NCBI GenBank assembly: GCA_020439725.1
Contig: JAGQSE010000170.1
Coordinates: 1-42,298, forward strand
Direction: 5' to 3'
Source of the DNA: Acidobacteriota bacterium
GTDB lineage: Bacteria > Acidobacteriota > Thermoanaerobaculia > Multivoradales > JAHZIX01
DNA: 42,298 bases
The notes below the pieces were generated by a model. It was not told where the DNA came from and made no database searches. It worked only from the letters and a program-made list of their open reading frames with translations. Below, one piece after another: positions 33,406 to 41,849 of this stretch (the first letter of the stretch is position 1; each line of letters begins with the position of its first letter). The translations under genes and the position numbers were made by a program.

Positions 33406-36258
33406 TCAAAGACTTTCGGATGGCCTCTTGGTAAGCCTCTGAAGCCGGCTGCCTGCTGTCTTGGTTTCCCATGCGTCGGCTCCTTTCTCACTCTTAATTG
33501 CGAGATAGCTCTCCTCGAGAATTGGTCTGGCTTCTTTAGTGAGGCCTCGGCCGGCCATGCAGGCGCCGAGAATGCTTCGAGCGTCAGCCAGCTTGAGAGG
33601 GTCTGGAGACGACTGGCTCGAAAGAGCGTCTAGGACGTCTGCGATGAGCGCCTCTGCCTCCTCGTATTGCTGACTCTCTTCAAGAATCGAGGCGAGGCGG
33701 TGTTGATCGCGCACAATGGCTGAGTGCCTAGGCGAGAAAGTCCCGGAGTCGCGTGAAAGGGCCTCACGGGCTAGTTCCTCGGCCTCGGCAAGTTGCCCCT
33801 GACTCTGTCGGAGAAAAGCTAGGTTTTGAAGGTCGGAGGCGATGATAGGCGCGTCATCGCCATACGCGGCGCGCCTCTGTTGGGCTACCTCTTCGAACAG
33901 GCGGATTCCGGCTTCGCCCTCGCCGCTGAGCCACAGGAAGTAGGCATAGCTGGCACGAACCGATAAGACTCGCGGGTGATTTTCTGGCAAGTACTGGCTG
34001 TAGATCTCGAAGGCTTCTTCGAAGGCATCCTTTGCCTCTGGGTACCGCTCCTGTTTCTGGAGAATCAGGGCAAGGTTGCCGAGTGTGTTGGCGATATTGG
34101 GGTGGCTCTCCTTGCGGAGACTTTTCTCCATAGCGATTGAGCGTTTGTAGAGTTGCTCTGCGTGTCCGTAGTCGAGCTGGTGTGCCTTGAAGATTCCATA
34201 ATTGTTGAGAAGGCTGGCGATAGAGGGATGACCGTCAGGATAGAGCTTTTGTCCTAAGGCGAGTGCTTTCACGAAGGCGTCTTCAGATTTCCCGGGATCT
34301 TCTACTCTGCGATAGAGAACGGCGAGCTCGATGAGCGTATTGAGGGTATTGGGGTGGTCCGGCCCGAGGGTGTTCTGGTTCCACTCAAGAGCTTCTTCGA
34401 GCGTTTGAAGGGCGTTCGCGTAGTCTCCTTGGAGGCGCCGAGCTGTTCCAAGGCTGAAGAGGCTATCGCCAACCAGAGAGGCAGACTCTGGTAGGTGTTG
34501 TTGGCGAATTTGGAGAGACTGTTGGTGGGCCTCTGCCGATGCTGAATAGTCACCTTGGTTACGGTAGACAAGGCCCAGGTGATCCAGCGTTGAGGCTAGT
34601 TCTAGGCTTTGTGGGCCTTCGAGAGTGCTCCAGAGGCGTGCGGCTTGGAGTAGGTGGCGGAGGGCCAGCTCGTACTGCGCAGTATGGTTCTCTGCTAAGC
34701 CGAGGAGGTTTAGGGCTCTGGCCGTTTCCGGACTCTCTGGGCCACTCGCTTGTTTTTGGAGGTCCAAGAGCGTCTGACTCAGGGCAAGGCTCTCTTGATA
34801 GAGCCCAAGAGCGCCATAGGTTTGCTGGAGAGGGACCAGGAGCTGGGCTCTTGTCTCTGGGTCCTGATCGGAACTTGCTAACACGCGATCCTTAGCCGCG
34901 TCGAGGAGGGCGCGGGCTGTTATAACGGAGCCTTGATTCTCGTCTGGGTTGGCAGCCTCAAATATCCCAACCATGAACTCGCTGACCATTTCAGCGCGGT
35001 CTCGCTCTCGGGCCGTCTCATCACGCTGCTCTTTCATGATCCAGGCGGCGCTCAGGCTCAAGAGGATGGCCAGGAGGATGGCTGCGGACTTTCCAGGGTG
35101 GCGCCTGAATAATCTGCCTATACGGTAGCCAAAGGTGTCGTCGCGGGCTTGGACCGGCAGACCTTTTAGATACCGGTCTAGATCTTCGGAAAGCTGTAGA
35201 GGAGAACCGTACCGCCGCTCTGGCTCCTTCCGGATTGCCATCATCACGATGGTGTCGAGATCGCCTCGGAGGCGCTTCCGGAAGGCGAGCGCGGTGGGAT
35301 CCTGGCCAGAGTCAGGCGCCGGAGCGCTGGCTTCGCTAGGAAGGAGTGGAGTCTGTTGGCAGACGATTTGGTGGATCGCCGCTGCATCCTGATTCTCGAA
35401 GGAGTAGGGGGGAACTCCGGCCAAGAGCTCGTAGAGAATCACACCGAGCGAGTAGGTGTCGCTGGCAGTGGTCAGGGAGGTACCTGAGATCTGTTCTGGG
35501 CTGGCGTACTTGGGGGTAAAGAGCCTGAGGCTCCCGCCCGTGAGGGCTTCGGTGGTGCTACCAGGCTCTTCAAGGAGCTTTGCCACCCCGAAGTCTAGGA
35601 GCTTTGGCTCGCCGCCCTTGGTGACCAAGATATTGCTGGGTTTGAGATCCCGATGGACCACCAGGTTCTGGTGGGCGTATTGAACCGCTTCACAGACCTT
35701 CGAGAAGAGCGAGAGGCGCTGCTCCAGCGAAAGGTCGTGCTCCCGGCAATAGTCCGTAATGGGCTGGCCCTCGACATACTCCATCAAGTAGTAGAGCCGA
35801 CCGTCCTCTGTGGTGCCGCCTTCGTAGAGCCTGGCGATGTTGGGGTGGTTGAGCTTGGCGAGAATCGCCATCTCTCGGCGAAAGCGTCGATCCGAGTCCT
35901 CATCCCGGGCTTCGGGCCTCAGTACCTTGAGCGCTACTTCGCGGTGGAACTCATCGTCGGTCCTCGCGGCGAGGTAGACGACCCCCATCCCTCCAGAACC
36001 GAGAATCCTCAACACCTGGTACGAGCCGACCTGGCTCCCGTCAGAGAGAGGGGCGGGCTCCTCATCAAGCAGCCGGACAGGAGGGGCGTCGAGGAAGGAA
36101 ATTGCTTCAGCATCGGAGTCGAGGAAGCTTTGGAGCTCTTCGAGAAGCTCTGGATCCCCATTGCAGGCTTCAGCGAGAAATGCTGGACGCTCTTCGACCG
36201 GAAGCTCCCGGAGCTTGGGGAGGATCTTCTTGGCTTGTTCCCAGTGTTTAGGCTTCAT
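33406..36258 (-). CDS. Ser/Thr protein kinase with TM segment and C-terminal TPR array (950 aa)
   Basis: Kinase motifs are LGSGGMGVVYLA...VALKVL, HRDLKPSNILV, DFGVAKL and YASPEQ. The TM is SAAILLAILLSLSAAWIM. Many TPR-like repeats follow (LNLLGLAENH..., LGLVYRNQGDY..., LAVLYRRVEDP..., LALILQKQERY...). Confidence 0.9.
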   Translation of the reverse strand: MKPKHWEQAKKILPKLRELPVEERPAFLAEACNGDPELLEELQSFLDSDAEAISFLDAPPVRLLDEEPAPLSDGSQVGSYQVLRILGSGGMGVVYLAARTDDEFHREVALKVLRPEARDEDSDRRFRREMAILAKLNHPNIARLYEGGTTEDGRLYYLMEYVEGQPITDYCREHDLSLEQRLSLFSKVCEAVQYAHQNLVVHRDLKPSNILVTKGGEPKLLDFGVAKLLEEPGSTTEALTGGSLRLFTPKYASPEQISGTSLTTASDTYSLGVILYELLAGVPPYSFENQDAAAIHQIVCQQTPLLPSEASAPAPDSGQDPTALAFRKRLRGDLDTIVMMAIRKEPERRYGSPLQLSEDLDRYLKGLPVQARDDTFGYRIGRLFRRHPGKSAAILLAILLSLSAAWIMKEQRDETARERDRAEMVSEFMVGIFEAANPDENQGSVITARALLDAAKDRVLASSDQDPETRAQLLVPLQQTYGALGLYQESLALSQTLLDLQKQASGPESPETARALNLLGLAENHTAQYELALRHLLQAARLWSTLEGPQSLELASTLDHLGLVYRNQGDYSASAEAHQQSLQIRQQHLPESASLVGDSLFSLGTARRLQGDYANALQTLEEALEWNQNTLGPDHPNTLNTLIELAVLYRRVEDPGKSEDAFVKALALGQKLYPDGHPSIASLLNNYGIFKAHQLDYGHAEQLYKRSIAMEKSLRKESHPNIANTLGNLALILQKQERYPEAKDAFEEAFEIYSQYLPENHPRVLSVRASYAYFLWLSGEGEAGIRLFEEVAQQRRAAYGDDAPIIASDLQNLAFLRQSQGQLAEAEELAREALSRDSGTFSPRHSAIVRDQHRLASILEESQQYEEAEALIADVLDALSSQSSPDPLKLADARSILGACMAGRGLTKEARPILEESYLAIKSEKGADAWETKTAGSRLQRLTKRPSESL

Positions 36259-36337
36259 CGTGAGGGCTCCATAGGAAGGTCAGTGCTTCCTTTGTGCCTA
36301 CGAGGCGCAAAGGAGCAGATTCTTGGCTCAAGGAAAC

Positions 36338-36467
36338 ACGAGAGACGAGGGAATCGGTTCGAGGTGGTACTATGCGGGCTGCCGCACTAAGAGCTAGTCG
36401 GTAAGGGGGCCGCTCCGGCGTCACGGTGGCGTGGGAAGTGCCCCGAGCTCTTGGTGAGGTGTCCAGA
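36338..36467 (-). pseudogene. decayed 3' remnant of an ECF sigma-factor gene (paralog of 39143-39733)
   Basis: 36259-36333 aligns to 39057-39130 (the kinase 5' flank) at roughly three quarters identity by eye. AGAGACG (36341-36347) corresponds to 39146-39152 at the sigma stop. 36420-36444 (gtcacggtggcgtgggaagtgcccc) corresponds to 39213-39237 (gtcacggtggtacgggagatgccca), the region-4 HTH coding sequence, with 19 of the best 24 positions identical. There is no intact ORF. Confidence 0.4.
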
Positions 36468-39056
36468 TCAGTGGAGCTCTTCCAGGGCAGTTCGAAGAGT
36501 TCTTGACCGTTCGCTCTGGGGTCCGAAGAGGCGGTCTGAGAGCTCAGTAGCCTGGGTGAGTAGCTGGCGAGACTCTTGGCTCTCCCCCCGGCGTTTCAGG
36601 AAGTAACCAAGCTTCTCAATCCCATTGAGGAGATCTATATGGTCCTGGCCAGCGCTTGAGGCCCGTCTCCTTTCCAGTGACTCTCGATGAATAGCTTCAG
36701 CTTCCTTGAAGAATCCCTGTGCTTCGCGAATCTCTCCAATAAGGCTCAGGCTGTGAGCGATATGGGGATGGTCAGCCGGGAGGCTTGCTCTTCTTCCAGC
36801 GAGCCCGGCCTCGCAAGCTTCAAGTGCCTGGTTGTACTTGCCAGCGGTAAAGAGTGTTCTGGCGAGGTTGTGTTGAGCGATCGCTGTTTCAGGATGATCA
36901 GGGCCGTACACGGCGGTGAGCATTTGGACGGCCTCGCGACACCTTTCTTCTGCCTCTTCTTGGCGGAGGAGCTTCTCCAGAGTTCCGCAGATATTGAGGA
37001 GCGTCCGTGCTACCGAGGGATGGGGAAGATCAAAGGCCTGGAGTTCTATGTCGAGGCCACGCTCTTGGAACTCGAGGGCTTCTTCGTAGCGTTCCTGGCT
37101 GGAGAGGTTCCAGCCGAGATTGTGGAGGGAGCTTGCGAGGTTCCGATCCGTTGGGCTTAGCTCTTTCTGGCGTATGGCAAGTAACTCTCGGAAGAGCGCT
37201 TCTGCTTCCTCGTATTTGCTTTGCATCGTGAGCGTCGCGGCAAGGTTGTTTTTTGCCTCGAGTACTTCAGGATCGTGCGCACCAAGAAGGTGAGTCCGCA
37301 GAGCTAGTGCCTCACGGAACAGCTCCTCGGCCTCCTCGTGACGGCCTTGAGCAAGCAGAAGGCCCGCGAAGTTGTTCTTGAGGGAGGCATTTCGTTGATC
37401 AAATTTTGAAGGTAACGCCTTGTCGAAGACTGTTGACGACTGTCGGTAAAGTTCTTCGGACTCGTCGTACCTTCCCATGTAGTAGTAGGTAAGTGCCGTG
37501 TTACTCAGCTCTTCACCGTATTCTGCTGTCTCAGTCTCTCCGGCGGCTCGCAGTGCCTCCAGAGATGCGAGGTGGAGCGGGAGAGCTTGTTCCGCAAGCT
37601 CGAGGTCCGAGTACACACTGCCTATGCTCATTAAAAGGTCGGTCCGTAGCTGCGGATCCATTGTGCTAGTTGTTAGCAACACTTCGCTACCATGTTCAAG
37701 GAGTTCGAGTGCACTGATGTTCGAGGCTTTGATGTCCTGGGGGTCGGCTTCACGGAAGAGATTGACCAAGAAGGTTGTTGCTTCCCTAGCACGATCCCTC
37801 TCGCGTATCACCTGATCTCTTTGTTGTGTCATGACGAAGGAAGACGCAACGCTCGCGAGGATGACCAGGGCCGTTACAGCAATCTTCCAAGGATGTCGCC
37901 CGACGAGTTTCCCGGCCTTATATCCCCAGGTGTCAGCTCGGGCTTGGACTGGCCTCCCTTCAAGGTATCTGTCGAGATCATCGGAGAGTTGCTGACCAGA
38001 TCCGTATCGCCGCTCGGGCTCTTTTCGCAGGGCCACTAGAATGATCCGGTCGAGATCGCCCTTGAGGTGGCGCTGCCATCCTTTTTGGGCTCCTACTGCC
38101 TCACGGGGAACTCGGGTGCCTGCTGCTGCCACGCTTGGAGGTGCTGGTGGCTTCTGGAGAACCTCCTGGAGGAACTCCTCCAGTGACTGGCCTGCAGCGC
38201 GGAAAGGCTTTGTTCCGGAAAGTAGCTGGTATAGCAGCACGCCTAAAGAATAGACATCACTCTGGGTACCGATGTGCTGGCCAGACAGTTGTTCGGGGCT
38301 TGCATACTCAGGAGTTAAGAGCTTGTGCCCGGTTCCGGTTGGCACCCTCGGGGCACTTCCAGTTTCCTCGAGAGGACGGGCAATGCCGAAGTCGAGGAGT
38401 TTTGGCTCTCCGTCTTCCGTCACGAGCACATTCGAGGGCTTAATGTCTCGATGAACGACTAGCTGAGTATGGGCATACTGTACTGCTGCACAGACCTTCT
38501 GGAAGAGTCTTAGGCGCTGCTCAAGCGATAGCCTGTGTTCTCGGCAGTAGCTGTCGATGGCCTGACCTTCGACGTGCTCCATGAGGTAATAGAGTCGGCC
38601 ATCGTCCGTGCGGCCGCCCTCAAAGAGCCGGGCGATGTTAGGGTGATGGAGTTTTGCAAGGATTCCCATTTCCCTAAGGAAGCGCTTCTCGGCCTCGGGG
38701 CTCGTCTGGCCGACCTGAAGGACCTTGAGCGCCACTTCACGCTCGAACTCTTCGCCGATCCGTCTAGCCAAGTAGACGACCCCCATCCCCCCGGTGCCGA
38801 GAGTCTTTATTAGCCTGTAGGAACCTACTTGGCTACCCTCGGAAAGAGGGGCGAGCTCCTCCTCAAGCAGCCGGATCGGAGGGGCGTCGAGGAAGGAGAT
38901 TGCTTCAGCATCGGCGTCGAGGAAGCTATGGAGCTCTTCGAAGAGCTCTGGGTCCCCTTTTGAAACGTCAGCGAGAAAGGCCAGACGCTCTTCGACCGGC
39001 AGTTGCCGCAGCTTGGGGAGGATCTTCTTTGCTTGTTCCCAGTGTTCAAGCTTCAT
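36468..39056 (-). CDS. Ser/Thr protein kinase with TM segment and C-terminal TPR array (862 aa), paralog of 33406-36258
   Basis: Kinase motifs are LGTGGMGVVYLA...VALKVL, HRDIKPSNVLV, DFGIARP and YASPEQ. The TM is IAVTALVILASVASSFVM, followed by TPR-like repeats. By manual alignment, 76 of the first 97 residues are identical to the other kinase. Confidence 0.9.
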   Translation of the reverse strand: MKLEHWEQAKKILPKLRQLPVEERLAFLADVSKGDPELFEELHSFLDADAEAISFLDAPPIRLLEEELAPLSEGSQVGSYRLIKTLGTGGMGVVYLARRIGEEFEREVALKVLQVGQTSPEAEKRFLREMGILAKLHHPNIARLFEGGRTDDGRLYYLMEHVEGQAIDSYCREHRLSLEQRLRLFQKVCAAVQYAHTQLVVHRDIKPSNVLVTEDGEPKLLDFGIARPLEETGSAPRVPTGTGHKLLTPEYASPEQLSGQHIGTQSDVYSLGVLLYQLLSGTKPFRAAGQSLEEFLQEVLQKPPAPPSVAAAGTRVPREAVGAQKGWQRHLKGDLDRIILVALRKEPERRYGSGQQLSDDLDRYLEGRPVQARADTWGYKAGKLVGRHPWKIAVTALVILASVASSFVMTQQRDQVIRERDRAREATTFLVNLFREADPQDIKASNISALELLEHGSEVLLTTSTMDPQLRTDLLMSIGSVYSDLELAEQALPLHLASLEALRAAGETETAEYGEELSNTALTYYYMGRYDESEELYRQSSTVFDKALPSKFDQRNASLKNNFAGLLLAQGRHEEAEELFREALALRTHLLGAHDPEVLEAKNNLAATLTMQSKYEEAEALFRELLAIRQKELSPTDRNLASSLHNLGWNLSSQERYEEALEFQERGLDIELQAFDLPHPSVARTLLNICGTLEKLLRQEEAEERCREAVQMLTAVYGPDHPETAIAQHNLARTLFTAGKYNQALEACEAGLAGRRASLPADHPHIAHSLSLIGEIREAQGFFKEAEAIHRESLERRRASSAGQDHIDLLNGIEKLGYFLKRRGESQESRQLLTQATELSDRLFGPQSERSRTLRTALEELH

Positions 39057-39142
39057 GTTCAGGGCTCCGCTGGAAGGTCATGCTGCTTTGTACCTACGAG
39101 GCGCAAAGGGGCAGGCTCCTGGCGCAAGCCAACGAGGAGATC

Positions 39143-39733
39143 TCAAGAGACGGCTGGAACTGGGGCGCCGAGCTCCCGCGCCAGAAACTCCTTTGCCATG
39201 GCCCACTCTCGTGTCACGGTGGTACGGGAGATGCCCAGGGCTGTGGCGGTCTCTTCGCCGGTCAGGCCAGCGAAGAAGCGAAGCTCTACGATCTGGGCGG
39301 CTAGGGGATCGAGGGCTTCGAGTTGCTCGAGGGCTTCATGAAGGCTGAGGAGGATTGCTGGTGGAACGGAGGCGGCCGCTTCGCGATCCATCCCGCCGGT
39401 CAGCGAGACGATCTCGACGTGTCGGCCTCTTTTGGCAGCTTTTCGAACTTTTGCCGCGTCGATCAGCACCCGGCGCATGAGCTTGCCGGCGAATGCGAAG
39501 AACTGCCTGCGGTTCTCCCACTGCACCTTCCGCAAGCTCATGAGGCGGAGGCAGACTTCGCTGATCAGCGCCGTGGGTTGCAGCGTGTGATCGGCGTCTT
39601 CGCGGTTGAAGTAGAAGTAGGCGCAGCGCCTGAGCTCCTCCAGGACCAGGGGCATGAGCTGGTCGAGAGCTTCGGGATCTCCCTCATTCCAGAGCTGCAG
39701 CTTCGCGGTGATCTCACCCGGTTGGATCTTCAT
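39143..39733 (-). CDS. ECF-type sigma-70 factor (Sigma70_ECF / TIGR02999-like)
   Basis: 196 aa. The N-terminus is ITAKLQLWNEGDPEALDQLMPLV. Region 2 is HTLQPTALISEVCLRL. Region 4 is IVELRFFAGLTGEETATALGISRTTVTREWAMAKEFL. These are characteristic of this ECF subgroup. Confidence 0.9.
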   Translation of the reverse strand: MKIQPGEITAKLQLWNEGDPEALDQLMPLVLEELRRCAYFYFNREDADHTLQPTALISEVCLRLMSLRKVQWENRRQFFAFAGKLMRRVLIDAAKVRKAAKRGRHVEIVSLTGGMDREAAASVPPAILLSLHEALEQLEALDPLAAQIVELRFFAGLTGEETATALGISRTTVTREWAMAKEFLARELGAPVPAVS

Positions 39734-39995
39734 ATAGACCTCTGGTCGAACAGCAGCGGGCGCTAGGCCCGTGTTCTGGCAGACGCGTGGGCACGCGGTG
39801 TCCAGTAACAGCGCAAGGCAGCAATTGAGGGGCTGCGCAATACTAGCAGGTTCAAGTTCGATGGGCTGGAGCCGGGTTCCGCCCTAGAGCTGCTCCCCAG
39901 ACCTGGACCCGCTCTATCTTCAGTAGGAGCAGGCCTTGAGGCCGCAACAGGTGAAGTGGCGGCAGCGTCGATGCGAGCCTTCCATTTCAGGTCCG

Positions 39996-40589
39996 TTAGC
40001 CGTCATCGTCCACTGTCTGCTCTGCTTCTCGTAGTTGCTTCCGCACCCACAACCGCACCCCCGCCACCTCCAACTCATACACATCAGCATCGATCCCTTC
40101 TCCTTCGAGGTTCCGGTATTCATAGACCTGCCACGGGGGCTCGTCCCGCTCGGCGTGGTGTGGGAAGCAGGAGTACGGGTTGTCGGGGAGCAGGCTGTCG
40201 AGGGAGAGGTCGTGCTCCTCGAGCAGGTCTTCGACCTCCTGGAAGGCTGAGCGGGCGCGGTCTTCGCCTAGATAGGTGACGACGAGGGCGCTCAGAGACT
40301 CGATGCGGGTACGGAGATCGTCGAGAGTGACACCGGCGAGGTCGATGCCGTAGTCGTCACCATAGTTCTCGAGCAGAGTGAGTTGGTCGTCGAGATCGAG
40401 GTCCAGAACCAGACATTCGTCGACGGACCAGTCTTCGAGCGCTTCGCGGCACTCTTCGAGCGTGGCGCGGGGGTCGTAGCGGAGCCGGTACTCGATGAGC
40501 TCGAGCTGACGGGCGCAGGCGGTGTCGACGGCGTCGTTGGCGGCTGTACTGAGATGGGGATGGTGGGATTCAAAGGCGGAGGGAGACAT
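39996..40589 (-). CDS. strongly acidic hypothetical protein (197 aa)
   Basis: The ORF follows the relaxase gene on the same strand (38-nt gap). It is D/E-rich (for example LVLDLDLDDQLTLLENYGDDYGIDL). No SD and no recognised motif. Confidence 0.55.
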   Translation of the reverse strand: MSPSAFESHHPHLSTAANDAVDTACARQLELIEYRLRYDPRATLEECREALEDWSVDECLVLDLDLDDQLTLLENYGDDYGIDLAGVTLDDLRTRIESLSALVVTYLGEDRARSAFQEVEDLLEEHDLSLDSLLPDNPYSCFPHHAERDEPPWQVYEYRNLEGEGIDADVYELEVAGVRLWVRKQLREAEQTVDDDG

Positions 40590-40627
40590 GAGGGAGGGAT
40601 GAAAGGGCAGAAAGGGGGGGCGAGAGG

Positions 40628-41479
40628 TTAGCGCCCGCGCTCGGGAGCGCGCTCGTCCTGGCCCGGTGGACCTCGGGATCGGTCTGGAGACGGCGTGACT
40701 TGCTGTGGGTTGAGCTGCCAGGAGCGGCGGGCGTCGTCGAAGGCCTTCGCTACCTCCAGCGTCTTCAGCCGGAAGCGTCTTCCAGATTGCGCGTCCGCTA
40801 CGCCGACGGTTTGGCCGCGACGGTACAGGCGGAGGCCGTGGCGCAAGAGTCGTTGGTAGAGCTCAGGACCAGACCACGAGGCAGCGAGCTCCTGTAAGAC
40901 GACACCTCGAACCACATCCTTTCGGCAGGGTGTGGACTCGCCCCGCCTCCTCCGTTCCTGCTCTGCCCGGGTCTCGCGCTCCTTCTTCCGCGCGCGTGGT
41001 TCCTGGGCTAGCGAGTGACCCAGCTCTGGGTAGCGCTCGCGTTGGTAGCGCTCCAGTGCTTGCTGCACCCTTCGGAAGCTCTGTTTTGAGAGCCGGAGTC
41101 GCTTCGCGCTGCCGACGTTGTTGGCGGAAATCACCAGGTGGACGTGTGGGTTCGCCGTGTCGAGATGCGCCCGACCGTAGGCGAGGGCGTAGGGAGCGCG
41201 CAGCTCGAGGTACCGGCGGGTCAGGTCGAGCAGTGCGCCAGGATTGAGCTGCTCCCGGTCTTGCGGCGCGAAGCTGAGGACCTCGTGGTAAAGGACGTTC
41301 CCGTTCTTCCGCGGGGGCAACAGGTGGGCGTTGTGCAGGAACTCGCGGCGAATCTGCTCCGAAGAGCTGTGCCCGCCGAAGTTGTGCAGCAACGGTGCAG
41401 TCGTCTCCTGAGGCCGGTCGATGTAGCTCAGCAGCTGGCTGAAGCTGATGCTCTTACGCGCCATCGACTTGATGATCAT
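40628..41479 (-). CDS. MobA/VirD2-family relaxase (relaxase/mobilisation nuclease domain), short form (283 aa)
   Basis: The N-terminal MIIKSMARKSISFSQLLSYI is followed by VLYHEVLSF and the His triad HLDTANPHVHLVIS (the HxDxxxPHxH motif of this family). Confidence 0.85.
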   Translation of the reverse strand: MIIKSMARKSISFSQLLSYIDRPQETTAPLLHNFGGHSSSEQIRREFLHNAHLLPPRKNGNVLYHEVLSFAPQDREQLNPGALLDLTRRYLELRAPYALAYGRAHLDTANPHVHLVISANNVGSAKRLRLSKQSFRRVQQALERYQRERYPELGHSLAQEPRARKKERETRAEQERRRRGESTPCRKDVVRGVVLQELAASWSGPELYQRLLRHGLRLYRRGQTVGVADAQSGRRFRLKTLEVAKAFDDARRSWQLNPQQVTPSPDRSRGPPGQDERAPERGR

Positions 41480-41849
41480 GGGAGGCGTTGTCGCTACTGG
41501 GGAGATCCTCGAGGGTTTTCTGAAGCACGCTGACTACTCGCTCGAGCGTGAGCACCAGCCTGCCGGCGTTGCGGAGGTCCTGGTGCGTGACCCGCTGGAA
41601 CGAGTTCGCGTGGGCCGCCATCTGGTTGAGGTTGGTACCGACCCGGCGGATTTCCTGGATCAGCTGACCGAGATGGTTCTGGAGTGACTCGGGAAGCATC
41701 GTTCGCCGCTGGCAGTAGGCCATGGCGGCATCGCGAAGAAACGGAGCCAGCTTGGCGCCGAAGCTGCGGGCGGTTGTGAGGAGTAGCTCGTGCTGGTGGG
41801 GATAGAGGTTGCAGGTCACGCGGTGCGTGTAGGTTCCGTGCAGAGGCAT
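41454..41849 (-). CDS. mobC: MobC-family relaxosome accessory protein
   Basis: 131 aa. HRVTCNLYPHQHELLLTTARSFGAKLAPFLRDAAMAY is RHH-like. IRRVGTNLNQMAAHAN is the MobC signature (GNNLNQ). The gene overlaps the relaxase start by 26 nt. Confidence 0.8.
   Translation of the reverse strand: MPLHGTYTHRVTCNLYPHQHELLLTTARSFGAKLAPFLRDAAMAYCQRRTMLPESLQNHLGQLIQEIRRVGTNLNQMAAHANSFQRVTHQDLRNAGRLVLTLERVVSVLQKTLEDLPSSDNASHDHQVDGA

Noticed and set aside
35653-36390. 245-aa plus-strand ORF over the kinase-1 5' region. Analogous ORFs lie at 38535-38813 and 38900-39348.
   Set aside because: These are antisense to kinase and sigma genes that have canonical catalytic motifs, so they are shadow ORFs.
39851-39885. 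Possible ECF-type promoter on the minus strand upstream of the sigma gene (GGAAC at 39880-39876, then 15 nt, then CGAACT). A GGAACC is also present upstream of the first giant gene (10817-10822).
   Set aside because: The spacing differs between the two sites (15 versus 20 nt) and the motifs are short. I cannot establish a shared promoter by eye. It needs motif discovery across all candidate target promoters and TSS data.
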